DNA of 63,269 nucleotides, the filler included, from a bacterium (GTDB lineage Bacteria; JBDRGX01), in the NCBI GenBank assembly GCA_043817485.1. It is 5 parts of 5 records of this genome, joined end to end, with 100 filler letters (N's around TTAATTAATTAA, not from the genome) between each part and the next. Parts side by side here need not be neighbours in the genome. Positions count along the whole stretch, not along the records: positions 19,812 to 33,641 come from JBDRGX010000067.1; 4 more parts are not named here. One strand, given 5' to 3'. Made by a program: the position numbers and the translations under genes. This document shows, in pieces, positions 20,063-29,992 of the stretch (positions are counted from its first letter, which is position 1; every line of letters begins with the position of its first letter). A model generated the notes under the pieces. That model was given only the letters and a program-made list of their open reading frames with translations, did not search any database and had not been told where the DNA came from.

Positions 20063-22120
20063 ATGAAAATTTCTTATAATTGGCTTAAAGATTATCTTGA
20101 TGTAAATATAAGTGCTGAAGAAATAGGCTCTAAACTTACTATGGCAGGATTTGAATTAGAAGGAATAGAGCAAATAAATGATGATAAGGTATTAGAAGTT
20201 AATGTGCTATCTAATAGAGCAGATTGTCTTGGTTATATTGGATTAGCAAGAGAAATTTCAATTTTTTTAAAAAATACTATTAAAATTCCTGAAATAAAAA
20301 TTGAAGAAGATACAGAAATATCAAATTTAATTAATTTTGAAATTAAATCTCCAGAACTTTGTTTTAAATATATGGCTCGTATTATTAAAAATGTAAAAAT
20401 AAAACCATCTCCAGATTGGTTAAGAAAAAAAATAGAAAGTATGGGATTACCTTCTATTAACAATATAGTAGATATAACGAATTTTGTTTTAATGGAAACT
20501 GGACAACCTTTACATGCATTTGATTTGGATAAAATAGACCAAAAAATAATAGTAAGAAAAGCTATTTTTGGAGAAAAATTTGAAGCTTTGAATAATAAAG
20601 AATATGAACTTAATTCTCAAATGTTAGTAATTGCTGATGCTACAAAGCCAATTGCCTTAGCTGGAATAATTGGTGGTGTTAATTCAGGAATAAGTTTATC
20701 TACACAAAATATTTTATTAGAAAGTGCATATTTTGCTCCGCATAATATTAGAAAAACAGCAAAAGAATTAGGCATTAGTACAGAATCTTCTTTTAGATTT
20801 GAAAGAGGAATAGATCCACAAATGGTTTCTTTTGCTTCTGATAGAGCATCTATTTTAATTAAAGAATTATCTGGTGGCAAAATTTTAAAAGCAATAAATT
20901 TTAAAAGCCCTCAACATCCTTTAAAAGAAAATTTTATTATTGTAAGAACAAAACGAGTAGAAAAAATTTCTGGATTAAAACTTAGTTTTTTAGAAATAAA
21001 AAATATTCTTACATCTCTTAATTTTCAAGTTGAAAAATGTGAAGAAAACTTTGTGGTTAAAATTCCCAGTTCAAGACAAGATATTCAAAGAGAAATAGAT
21101 TTAATTGAAGAAATAATAAGAATTATTGGTTATGACAAAATTCCTATAAGTTATCCTCAAACAAAAATAAAATTAGAAAAAAATCAGGATTTAGTTATTG
21201 AAAAAAAAATAAAAAACTATCTTATTTCTTGTGGTTTATGGGAAATTATTTCTTATAGTTTTGCAGATGTTAATGATTTTGATAAAATAAATTTACCTCA
21301 AGATAGTTTTTATAGAAAAGTTATTTCTATAAAAAATCCTATTTCTAAAAATTTTTCAATTATGAGGACTTGTTTTTTACCTACTTTTTTAAATACAATT
21401 TTATTTAATGCTAATAAAGGAAATAATAATGTAAAATTTTTTGAAATAGGATTTTTATATTTTCCTTCTGAAAATGAAAAATTGCCTCAGGAAATAAAAG
21501 TATTATCTGGAGCAATTACTGGGGTAAAAAAAGAAAAAAATTGGAATAAAAAAGAAGAGAAAGTAGATTTTTATTATTTAAAAGGAATTGTTTCTGAATT
21601 ATTAGAAATTTTAAAAATTGAAAATGTTCATTTTGTAGCTGATGAGCATCCATCATTTCATCCTTATCAAAATACTAAAATCATGGTTGGTATAGAAAAA
21701 ATAGGTTTTATCGGAAAAGTTCATTTAGATGTAATAAATAATTATGGATTAAAACAAGAAATTTATTATTTTGAATTATTTTTTGATAAACTTTGCACTT
21801 TTGCAAATTTAGTTTCAGTTTTTAAACCTCTTTCTAAATATCCTTGTATTACCCGTGATTTATCTCTTATTTTAGATAAAAATATTGTTTCTCAATCTGT
21901 AATTGATTTAATTAAAAAGAATGGCAATAGTTTAATAAAAGAAGTTAATGTTTTTGATGTTTATTGTGGTGAGCAAATTTCAAAAGAAAAAGTTAATGTA
22001 TCATTTTCAATTGTTTATCAAGATGAAAATAAAACTTTAGAAGATCAAGAAGTGAATAAATTACAAGAAAAAATTATTGAAAAATTAAAAAAAGATTTGA
22101 AAGTAGAAATTAGAGTATAA
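20063..22120 (+). CDS. pheT: Phenylalanine-tRNA ligase beta subunit (short form lacking the B2 OB domain)
   Basis: MKISYNWL, NRADCLG, GQPLHAFD, RFERGID, DLIEE, C-terminal FDX-ACB. Confidence 0.95.
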   Translation: MKISYNWLKDYLDVNISAEEIGSKLTMAGFELEGIEQINDDKVLEVNVLSNRADCLGYIGLAREISIFLKNTIKIPEIKIEEDTEISNLINFEIKSPELCFKYMARIIKNVKIKPSPDWLRKKIESMGLPSINNIVDITNFVLMETGQPLHAFDLDKIDQKIIVRKAIFGEKFEALNNKEYELNSQMLVIADATKPIALAGIIGGVNSGISLSTQNILLESAYFAPHNIRKTAKELGISTESSFRFERGIDPQMVSFASDRASILIKELSGGKILKAINFKSPQHPLKENFIIVRTKRVEKISGLKLSFLEIKNILTSLNFQVEKCEENFVVKIPSSRQDIQREIDLIEEIIRIIGYDKIPISYPQTKIKLEKNQDLVIEKKIKNYLISCGLWEIISYSFADVNDFDKINLPQDSFYRKVISIKNPISKNFSIMRTCFLPTFLNTILFNANKGNNNVKFFEIGFLYFPSENEKLPQEIKVLSGAITGVKKEKNWNKKEEKVDFYYLKGIVSELLEILKIENVHFVADEHPSFHPYQNTKIMVGIEKIGFIGKVHLDVINNYGLKQEIYYFELFFDKLCTFANLVSVFKPLSKYPCITRDLSLILDKNIVSQSVIDLIKKNGNSLIKEVNVFDVYCGEQISKEKVNVSFSIVYQDENKTLEDQEVNKLQEKIIEKLKKDLKVEIRV

Positions 22121-22179
22121 AATTTTTTAATTACAAAATTATTTTAAGCAAAATTTTTATCTGTTTGGAATATGCCATT

Positions 22180-23118
22180 TTATCTTTTTTCAATCAAATC
22201 ATCTAATTTTTTTTGCATTTCATCAATAGACATTTTTGAACATTTGTAAATATCTTCGCTATCATATTTTTTAACATAATAATCTGTTTTTTCTAATTTT
22301 CCTACTAATAAAACTTCTTTTTCCCCATTACTAAAATCAACAGAAATACTAAAAAAAGGTTTATTTAGTCCATATTTTTCTAAATCTAAAGAATTTTTTT
22401 CAACATAATCATTTACTTCTAAATATTCCAAAGAATTACAAATATTTTCAATAACATTTTTTAACCCCGGTAATTTATAAGGTTTAATAATTTCCCAAAT
22501 TTCGTTATTTTTTATTATTTCTATTTCGCTTTTAGAGGTTTTTAATTTAAGTTTTACAATATCACATGATTTGAATTTAAATAATTTTTTTTCTAACCAA
22601 TCTTTGTTTTCTATAGAAGCTTTTTCAATATAATCTTTAGCTAAAAGAATTTCATTTGAATTATCGCTTCTAATATAAGTTTTATTATAAATTGGATCCA
22701 TTTTCCCTATATAAAAAGATGTTATTAAATTATTTTTGATATTCCAAAAAGCAATACAATTAGAATTTTGTTTATCTACTTCAAAAAGTAATTGTTTTTT
22801 AGGATTAAAAGAAATAATTTCACTATTTTTAAAATTTTCTACTTTTAATAACAATTGATTAATTTTTTCCTCTGATGCTGGGAAATTTTTATAAGAAAGA
22901 ATTTGCCATTTTTTTTCTTTTTTAACTAATATTATTTTTTTTTCATCGTTTTGATAAATTTCAATTTTAGCAATTTCATTTTTATTAAAATTTGCAAAAG
23001 ATTTTTCTATTTTTATTCTATTTTTATATTGTTTTTGTAAAGGTCCTTCTAATAAAAGAACAATTACTATTAAAATTCCTAAACTAATTAGTAAAGTATA
23101 AATAATTTTTAGTTTCAT
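22180..23118 (-). CDS. DUF4340 domain protein
   Basis: N-terminal anchor, two repeated domains with LEKYGL..P; typical partner downstream of GldG. Confidence 0.75.
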   Translation of the reverse strand: MKLKIIYTLLISLGILIVIVLLLEGPLQKQYKNRIKIEKSFANFNKNEIAKIEIYQNDEKKIILVKKEKKWQILSYKNFPASEEKINQLLLKVENFKNSEIISFNPKKQLLFEVDKQNSNCIAFWNIKNNLITSFYIGKMDPIYNKTYIRSDNSNEILLAKDYIEKASIENKDWLEKKLFKFKSCDIVKLKLKTSKSEIEIIKNNEIWEIIKPYKLPGLKNVIENICNSLEYLEVNDYVEKNSLDLEKYGLNKPFFSISVDFSNGEKEVLLVGKLEKTDYYVKKYDSEDIYKCSKMSIDEMQKKLDDLIEKR

Positions 23119-23130
23119 TTTAATATTCCT

Positions 23131-24741
23131 TTATTTGGATGCTATTAAATTATCATACATTTTTTTTTCTTTATTTTTTAAAAAAAAGCGAACAAATCCA
23201 ATAAATATTAAAATACATGGAATGCCAATTATATTTGCATATTTACAAATATTTTTTATTTGTTCGGAAACTTCTTTTAATGGTCTATCTGTTGTTTCAC
23301 GAGAACGAATTTCAATTAAGTCTTCACCTAAACTAAGAAAATCAATAGCATTTAAAGCAAAAGTTAAATTAACTTGAGATAAATGAGATTGAGTTAAGAA
23401 ATTTGAATCACCTACAACAATAATTTGAGATTTATCTGAACTTTCTTTAATAATTTCTCTGTTTTTACCTTTTTCTATAGGAAGAGGTTTATTTGCATAA
23501 AAGCTTGTAAATTTACCGCAAAGATAAGCACCTAAAACATACTGTTTTCCTTTTTTGGGAGGTTGTCCTAATAAAAGCATTTGAGGATCAAGATTATATC
23601 CATTCATATAATTACCCATTTGTTGTGATTCTTGTTCCCAAGCCATTTTTGTAGTTTTAAATAATTCTATCACTTTTTTATCTTTACATTTTTCTTTTAT
23701 TATTTCAATTGAACTTATCCATGGAAAAGAAATTCCTTCTAATTTATTTATTATAGGACAAGTTTTATCTATATTTTCTGATAATATTTTAGGCCAAAAA
23801 GGATAGGGAATAGAATAAGAAAAATAACCAGAACTAAAAGAAGCTACTTCATTTACTCTATCTAAAATTAAATTTTTATTTAAAATTATTCCATAATGAT
23901 TTAATAAATCATCTAAATTATGATTTCTTGATGTAACAAAAAGAAATTGTTGAGGATATTCGATGCTATCAATTAAAAAAATTACTTTCCCTTTTTTCAT
24001 TAAAAATTGATCAATTTCTAATTTATCTTTATCTTGTAAATTTTTAGGGCCAGCTACTATTAAAGTATCAATATCATTTGGAATTGGCTCTCCTTTACTT
24101 GTATCTGCTGTAGAAACTTGATATTGACCTTCTAATTCTTTTTTAAGAATTAGATATTCTTGATTGATATTATGTTCTTCGTGTCCAGAAAGAAAAGCTA
24201 TTTTTTTTTCTCCATCTCCAGTTATTTTAATAAGGGCACGAGTAAGATCATATTCAAAAGATGAAGTATCTTGAATCATTGGAATTACTTCTTTTTTATC
24301 TTCAAAAAAGATTCCTATCCCTAAATAAGCATTCATTACTTGAATTTTATCTTTTTCTCTAATATTTAATTGAACTTGTGGAATTCCCATTTTTTGAAGA
24401 TTTTGTTGTAATTCTTTATTTTCTGATGGATCTATAAATTCAACTTGAATTTTTTGTTTAGAATATGCTCTATATTCAGATAATATATCTTTTACTTGTT
24501 GTTGTAAAGGAAGTAAATAAGGAGGAAGTTTTTTAGAAAAATAAACTTTAATATTAACTAAATCATCTAATTTTTTTAATTGTTTTTTAGTAGATTTAGA
24601 TATAGTGTAAAGTTTATTTTGAGTAAAATCTAATCGTATAAATCTTTTTGTAGAAAGAAAATTAATTACCATTAAAATTGCTAAAGTTATTATGGTAATT
24701 AATAAATAATTTGCACCATATTTTATTTTTTTAGTGAACAT
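23131..24741 (-). CDS. GldG-family ABC transporter auxiliary protein
   Basis: RLDFTQNKLYTIS, FLSGHEE, LIVAGP, VVGDSNF. Start placed at ATG 24741 after a GAGGAG RBS. Confidence 0.85.
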   Translation of the reverse strand: MFTKKIKYGANYLLITIITLAILMVINFLSTKRFIRLDFTQNKLYTISKSTKKQLKKLDDLVNIKVYFSKKLPPYLLPLQQQVKDILSEYRAYSKQKIQVEFIDPSENKELQQNLQKMGIPQVQLNIREKDKIQVMNAYLGIGIFFEDKKEVIPMIQDTSSFEYDLTRALIKITGDGEKKIAFLSGHEEHNINQEYLILKKELEGQYQVSTADTSKGEPIPNDIDTLIVAGPKNLQDKDKLEIDQFLMKKGKVIFLIDSIEYPQQFLFVTSRNHNLDDLLNHYGIILNKNLILDRVNEVASFSSGYFSYSIPYPFWPKILSENIDKTCPIINKLEGISFPWISSIEIIKEKCKDKKVIELFKTTKMAWEQESQQMGNYMNGYNLDPQMLLLGQPPKKGKQYVLGAYLCGKFTSFYANKPLPIEKGKNREIIKESSDKSQIIVVGDSNFLTQSHLSQVNLTFALNAIDFLSLGEDLIEIRSRETTDRPLKEVSEQIKNICKYANIIGIPCILIFIGFVRFFLKNKEKKMYDNLIASK

Positions 24742-24753
24742 TTTTATCTCCTC

Positions 24754-24815
24754 TGACATAGAATGTCTTTGACATAGAATGTTTTTGACAGAATGTCTCT
24801 AATAGAAAATGTCTT
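24754..24815 (-). repeat. Tandem array of GACATTCT(AT)GTC palindromic units
   Basis: Four units filling the gldF-gldG gap; same motif as 2364-2406. Confidence 0.85.
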
Positions 24816-25532
24816 TTATTTTACTTTTTTTGATTCTAAAAAGTTTATATTCAATATTAAAAATAAACTAATAATAGATAAATAATAAATAATATCTCGT
24901 GAATCAATTACTCCTCTACTAATACTTTCAAAATGAGAAGATAAACTAATATAACTAAATATAGGTACAAGAAATTTAGGAATGGAAAATAATACCATAC
25001 TTTCTCCAACAATTAATAAGAAAAAAGAAATAGTTACTGAAAGAATAAAAGCAACAATTTGATTTTTTGTAAAAGCAGAAATAAAACTTCCTAATGCTAA
25101 ATAAGATGCACCTAAAAATAAAGTTCCAATATAACTACAAACAATAGAGCCAATATCAGGTTTTCCTAATAGTTTAATAGTTATAGGCAAGGTAAATGAA
25201 AGTAAAATTGTCATACCCAAAAAAGCAAAACTTGCTAAAAATTTTCCTATTACTAATTCAGATATTTTTACAGGTAGGGTAAATAAAATTTCAATAGTGC
25301 CTGTTTTTTTTTCTTCTGCCCAAAGACGCATAGTAATTGCTGGAACAAAAAATAAAAATGCCCAAGGTAAAATTTCAAAATAGCTTCGCATATCTGCTTG
25401 TCCTACCAGAAAAAAACTTTGAAAAAATAACCAGTTAGTAAGAGATAAATAAACTATAATAAAAATATATCCCATTGGTGAATTAAAATAGGACTTAAAT
25501 TCTTTTTTAAAAATAGTTAAAATATTTTTCAC
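24816..25532 (-). CDS. GldF-like ABC-2 permease
   Basis: KEFKSYFNSP, PAITMRLWAEEKKTGTIE, NQIVAF, RGVID. Confidence 0.9.
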   Translation of the reverse strand: MKNILTIFKKEFKSYFNSPMGYIFIIVYLSLTNWLFFQSFFLVGQADMRSYFEILPWAFLFFVPAITMRLWAEEKKTGTIEILFTLPVKISELVIGKFLASFAFLGMTILLSFTLPITIKLLGKPDIGSIVCSYIGTLFLGASYLALGSFISAFTKNQIVAFILSVTISFFLLIVGESMVLFSIPKFLVPIFSYISLSSHFESISRGVIDSRDIIYYLSIISLFLILNINFLESKKVK

Positions 25533-25669
25533 TAATATTGTCTCCTTTTTATAATTCGTTAATCAGAATTAGTTAAAAATAGAACTAAAAAATATAATAA
25601 AATAATTTTAAGTTTTGATTTTACATTTTTATATTTTAGTTTTCATGAAATATGAAGGTTAAAATTATA

Positions 25670-26734
25670 TTACATTAAATTTAGCCATCTGTGTGTGTTT
25701 TTTATTTTTTCCCATTTTTTTTCTTTAAAAATTTTCAAAAAAGCATCTACTACATCAGAATCATATAAAATATTTTTCTTTTCAGTAATTTCTTCTAATG
25801 TTTCCTCTATGCTCATGGCTAATCGATAAGGTCTATCAGAAGTCATTGCTTCTATTACATCAGATACAGTTAAAACTTTTGCTTCTAAAAGAATATTTTG
25901 ACTTAAAAGGTTATTTGGATAACCAGAACCATCTAATTTTTCATGGTGTTGCCAAACAATTTGTGCTATTGGCCAAGGGAATTCTATTTCTTTTAATATA
26001 TTATATCCTATTTGTGGATGAGTTTTCATTATTTTAAATTCATTTTTATTTAATTTTTTAGGTTTATTAAGAATTTTTATAGGAATATAAATTTTCCCAA
26101 AGTCATGGATTAAAGAAGAAATTCTAATAGCATCTATTTGATCATTTGATAAATTCATTTTCTTAGCAATGGCACAAGATAATAAAGCCACTCTTTGTTG
26201 ATGTCCAGAAGTATAGGAATCTCTTGTTTCAACAGTTAAAACAAAAGCCTGTACAATATTATCTAAAAGTTTTTTTAATTTTTCAGAAATTTGATAGAAA
26301 GAAGAAGTGCGTTCTTTAACTAAATTTTCTAAATTTAGATAATATTTTTCTAATTGTTGTTCTACTTTTTTTTGTTCAGAAATATCGGTTATAAAATTTA
26401 AAGTAGCAGGTTTTTCTTCCCATTCAAATATTATTGCATTTACTTGAACCCACCTTACTTCATTATTTTTAGCAATAAGTCTAAATGGATAAATATGGGT
26501 AAATTCTTCCCCTTGTAATCTTCTTAAATGCCGTTCCATTAATATTTTTTTATCATCAAAATGAATAAAGTCTATAAATGGTTTATTTTCTAATTCTTTT
26601 TGTGAATAACCAGTATATTCAAGAATTTTAGGATTAAAAAATTTAATTTTTCCATCTTGAATTACTATAATTGCTTCATTAGCGTTTTCTACCATTTTGA
26701 AATATATTTCATTAGATAATTTTTGTTTTTCCAT
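25670..26734 (-). CDS. PAS + HD-GYP cyclic-di-GMP phosphodiesterase
   Basis: PAS fold, HDFGK, HHEKLDGSGYP, RPYR. Confidence 0.9.
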   Translation of the reverse strand: MEKQKLSNEIYFKMVENANEAIIVIQDGKIKFFNPKILEYTGYSQKELENKPFIDFIHFDDKKILMERHLRRLQGEEFTHIYPFRLIAKNNEVRWVQVNAIIFEWEEKPATLNFITDISEQKKVEQQLEKYYLNLENLVKERTSSFYQISEKLKKLLDNIVQAFVLTVETRDSYTSGHQQRVALLSCAIAKKMNLSNDQIDAIRISSLIHDFGKIYIPIKILNKPKKLNKNEFKIMKTHPQIGYNILKEIEFPWPIAQIVWQHHEKLDGSGYPNNLLSQNILLEAKVLTVSDVIEAMTSDRPYRLAMSIEETLEEITEKKNILYDSDVVDAFLKIFKEKKWEKIKNTHRWLNLM

Positions 26735-26952
26735 ATTTTTATTTTAATAATTTTTTTAGACTTTTATAAAATTTGAATTTTGCATAACTTTAATATTTTT
26801 CTTTTTTAAGAGATCAATTTTTTAATTTAATATTTGCAGAATTTCGTATTTTATGGAGTATTGTAAATTATAAAAAAATATAAATAATTAAAAAAGTTAA
26901 GTCAAGTTTATTAAAAAAAATTTTAAAAAAGGAAAATAAAGTAACACTTTTT

Positions 26953-27885
26953 CTATTTCACTAATTTTATTTTAATTGTTGGGAGTATTTTTTCTACATC
27001 TTCATAAGAAAAACCTATTGGTTCCCAAACTTTAACATTTGCTATGCTACAAGATATTCCTAATCTAATTATTTTTTCAATTGGGAAATTTTCATAAATT
27101 CCAATTGCCATTCCTCCTACCAAAGCATCTCCAGAGCCAATAGCATTTACTTCTTTTACTTTTGGAGGAGTAATTTGCCATATCTTGTCATTAAACCCGA
27201 TAAAAGCACCTTTTTCCCCTAAAGTAATAACTACTAATTTAATTCCTTTATTTGAAAAATTTTTAATAGATAAAATTATTTCTTTTTTATTTTTAATTTC
27301 TTTTTTTAAATAAATTTCTAATTCTTCTAAATTAAGTTTTATCATAAAAGGTTTTTCAGATATAGCTAATTTAAAGGTTTTTCCATAAGAATCAAGAATA
27401 GTTAAAAGATTATTTTTATGAGCAATTTTAAGCAATTTTTTATATATATTATCAGATAATTTACAAGGAGAACTACCACTTAAAATTAATACTTTATATT
27501 TTTTAATACTTTTGCTAATTTTTATTATTAAATTTTTTATTTCTATTTTAGAAATTTTTGTATTAGGATCTAAATAATGAGTGTATCTACCAGATTGTAA
27601 TTCTCTTAAAGTAATTCCAAGTCGAGTAAGTTCTTTAACAAAAACAAAATTTGTTTTAATTCCTTCTTGTTTCATTAAATCTTTTATTCTTTTTCCGATA
27701 TAGCCACCAATAAATCCAGAAGCTACTACTGGATAGCCCAATTTTTTTATTGTTCTTGCTACATTATTTCCCTTTCCTCCGACTATTTCAGAAGTTTCTT
27801 TTATTCTAAGAATATTGCCTAAATTTGCAGAATTTACAACAATAGTTTTATCTAAAATTGGATTAAGAGTAATTGTTAAAAACAA
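26953..27885 (-). CDS. 1-phosphofructokinase-family (PfkB) hexose kinase
   Basis: TLNPILD, GGKGNNVA, NAIGSGD. Confidence 0.9.
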   Translation of the reverse strand: MFLTITLNPILDKTIVVNSANLGNILRIKETSEIVGGKGNNVARTIKKLGYPVVASGFIGGYIGKRIKDLMKQEGIKTNFVFVKELTRLGITLRELQSGRYTHYLDPNTKISKIEIKNLIIKISKSIKKYKVLILSGSSPCKLSDNIYKKLLKIAHKNNLLTILDSYGKTFKLAISEKPFMIKLNLEELEIYLKKEIKNKKEIILSIKNFSNKGIKLVVITLGEKGAFIGFNDKIWQITPPKVKEVNAIGSGDALVGGMAIGIYENFPIEKIIRLGISCSIANVKVWEPIGFSYEDVEKILPTIKIKLVK

Positions 27886-27934
27886 AAGTATATTCCTTTA
27901 TCCCAATTTACAAGCGAAAGGATATGATAGAAGA

Positions 27935-28010
27935 AAATCCGAAATTCGAATATCGAAATCCGAAACAAATTCGAATAACAGAAATACGAAATCCGAAACA
28001 AATTTAAAAT
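27935..28010 (+). repeat. Heptamer tandem repeat (AAATCCG/AAATTCG/AATATCG)
   Basis: aaatccgaaattcgaatatcgaaatccgaaacaaattcgaa...aaatacgaaatccgaaacaaat. Confidence 0.8.
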
Positions 28011-28021
28011 TTTAAATAAAT

Positions 28022-28747
28022 TTATTGTTTTATACAAAAGCCAATAAGATCTTGTAAATTATTTAAAATAAAAACTGGATTGCAATGTTTTAATCCTTCA
28101 TCAAATGTTTTTTTATCTACCCATTCTTTAGTATACGCTGTAGCCATACCTATTTTAGAAGCACCTATTATATCCATATACCAATTATCTCCTACAAATA
28201 GTACTTCATCAGGTTTGCAATTTATTTCATTTAAAGCTTTTTCAAAAATAATTGAAGATGGTTTAACATAACCAATATCACCAGATACAATAATTGAATT
28301 AAAATATTTTGTTAAGTTAAATTTTTCAAGAATAGAAATTATTGGATAAGAATCGGGATAATTAGAAACAATACTTAATTGAAAATGATTTGATAAAGTT
28401 TTTAATAAGTTTGGTAAATATTTTGGCATTTTGCCACATTTTATAAATGATTTTCTACGAATATCAAGTAAAGGATTTAAAAGATCAAGGGAATCAGTAA
28501 AAGGAAAAAGCATATCTTGAATAACTTCTTGTATTGAATTTTCAATAAAAGTAGGAGGTATATCTTGATAAGGTCTTTCTTTTGTTTTATCACGAGTTTG
28601 TTTAAATTTTTCAAAATCAATTTTTCCCAAATGTTTTTCTAAAAAAGAAAATGTTTCTTGATCTATATAATCTAATTCTTTTTGTCCTAAAGGTATTAAA
28701 GTATTCCCAAAATCAAAAAAAATTGCTTTAAATTTATTTAATGGCAT
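28022..28747 (-). CDS. HAD-family hydrolase
   Basis: FFDFGNTL, VSN, KP..IF, VGDNWYMDIIGA. Confidence 0.9.
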   Translation of the reverse strand: MPLNKFKAIFFDFGNTLIPLGQKELDYIDQETFSFLEKHLGKIDFEKFKQTRDKTKERPYQDIPPTFIENSIQEVIQDMLFPFTDSLDLLNPLLDIRRKSFIKCGKMPKYLPNLLKTLSNHFQLSIVSNYPDSYPIISILEKFNLTKYFNSIIVSGDIGYVKPSSIIFEKALNEINCKPDEVLFVGDNWYMDIIGASKIGMATAYTKEWVDKKTFDEGLKHCNPVFILNNLQDLIGFCIKQ

Positions 28748-28904
28748 TTATTTCTCCTAATTTAAAACTTGACATGTTGTCAAATTATCTATATTTTATT
28801 CTTTTTGTCAAGAAATTATAATGATTTAATATAAAGGTTAATTTTTATCGTTAGACAGATGGATGTATATTTAAACAATGTTTATATATAAAGGGGAGGA
28901 TGTT

Positions 28905-29663
28905 ATGATGGATAAAGAATGCTGTTGTAGCTGTAAGCCTAAAGAAGAAGAGAAAAAAGCAGAGAACTGCATGGTTTGTGGTGTGTTTTTGGAATACTTA
29001 GAAATTGCAATTAGTGTTGTTTGTAATTACTGTGGAAAAGAGGAGACTGGATATGTTCGCTGTCCTAATGGACATTATGTCTGTAACGAATGTCATGGAA
29101 AAGGAGCATTTGATCTAATAAGAGATATATCTCTTACCACGGACGAGAAAGATCCTTTATCAATAGCCGAGCTGCTTATGGCACATCCAAAGATACCATT
29201 CTTGGGTTGTGAACATGGGCTCATTGCTACTGCATCACTTTTAACGGCATTGAAGAATGACAGCACATTAGATATATCTAACGAAAAAATAATTGAAGCT
29301 ATGAATCGGACACAAAAACAATCCATGCCTCCATACTGTGCCCTTACTGGTGTTTGTGGTGTGCCTATAGGAATCGGTGCTGCCTTCAGTGTTATTTTGG
29401 GTGCAGCATGTTCTAAGGATAGGGAATCTGCTATTACCATGCACATTGTGGCACGAACAATTGATACTATTGCCAATGATGTGGGTCCAATGTGTTGTAA
29501 AAGTTTTGTTAGAACTGCTCTTGGGGTAGGTTACAATTCGGCGAAAGAGTACCTCAATATTCATTTACCAATACACAGAGAAAGGATTTCTTGCTTCCAT
29601 TCTAACAAAAATCATCCTAATTGCAGAAAAAATAAGTGCCTTTACTTTCCTAAGACAATATGA
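28905..29663 (+). CDS. Cys-rich DUF5714-type protein
   Basis: CMVC, CNYC, CPNGHYVCNECH, GCEH, C...GVCG, GPMCCK; GGAGG RBS; GC above background. Confidence 0.75.
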   Translation: MMDKECCCSCKPKEEEKKAENCMVCGVFLEYLEIAISVVCNYCGKEETGYVRCPNGHYVCNECHGKGAFDLIRDISLTTDEKDPLSIAELLMAHPKIPFLGCEHGLIATASLLTALKNDSTLDISNEKIIEAMNRTQKQSMPPYCALTGVCGVPIGIGAAFSVILGAACSKDRESAITMHIVARTIDTIANDVGPMCCKSFVRTALGVGYNSAKEYLNIHLPIHRERISCFHSNKNHPNCRKNKCLYFPKTI

Positions 29664-29992
29664 AAGTTGTTGATTAAAATTAGAAAAAATATATTTAACT
29701 GCGTATAAAATTAGATAGCATAACTTTTGAATTTCTCCAAGACAATTTAATTTTTATTTAAGAGGATTTAAATATTTGTTTATAATGAAGAAAAAATAAA
29801 AAAAAGTGAGCAAGAATAATTAAGGGATGTCCATAAGGAAAAAAGGAAACAAATACCTATTTTATAAAACCTATTTTAATAGTTTTTTGCAAAAATATTG
29901 ATTATAGTATGATTATAAATGCGTTAAACGATATTTAAAATTATTTATTTTGTAAAAGTTTAAACATTTTTTAAATTATATGGAGGAAAATA

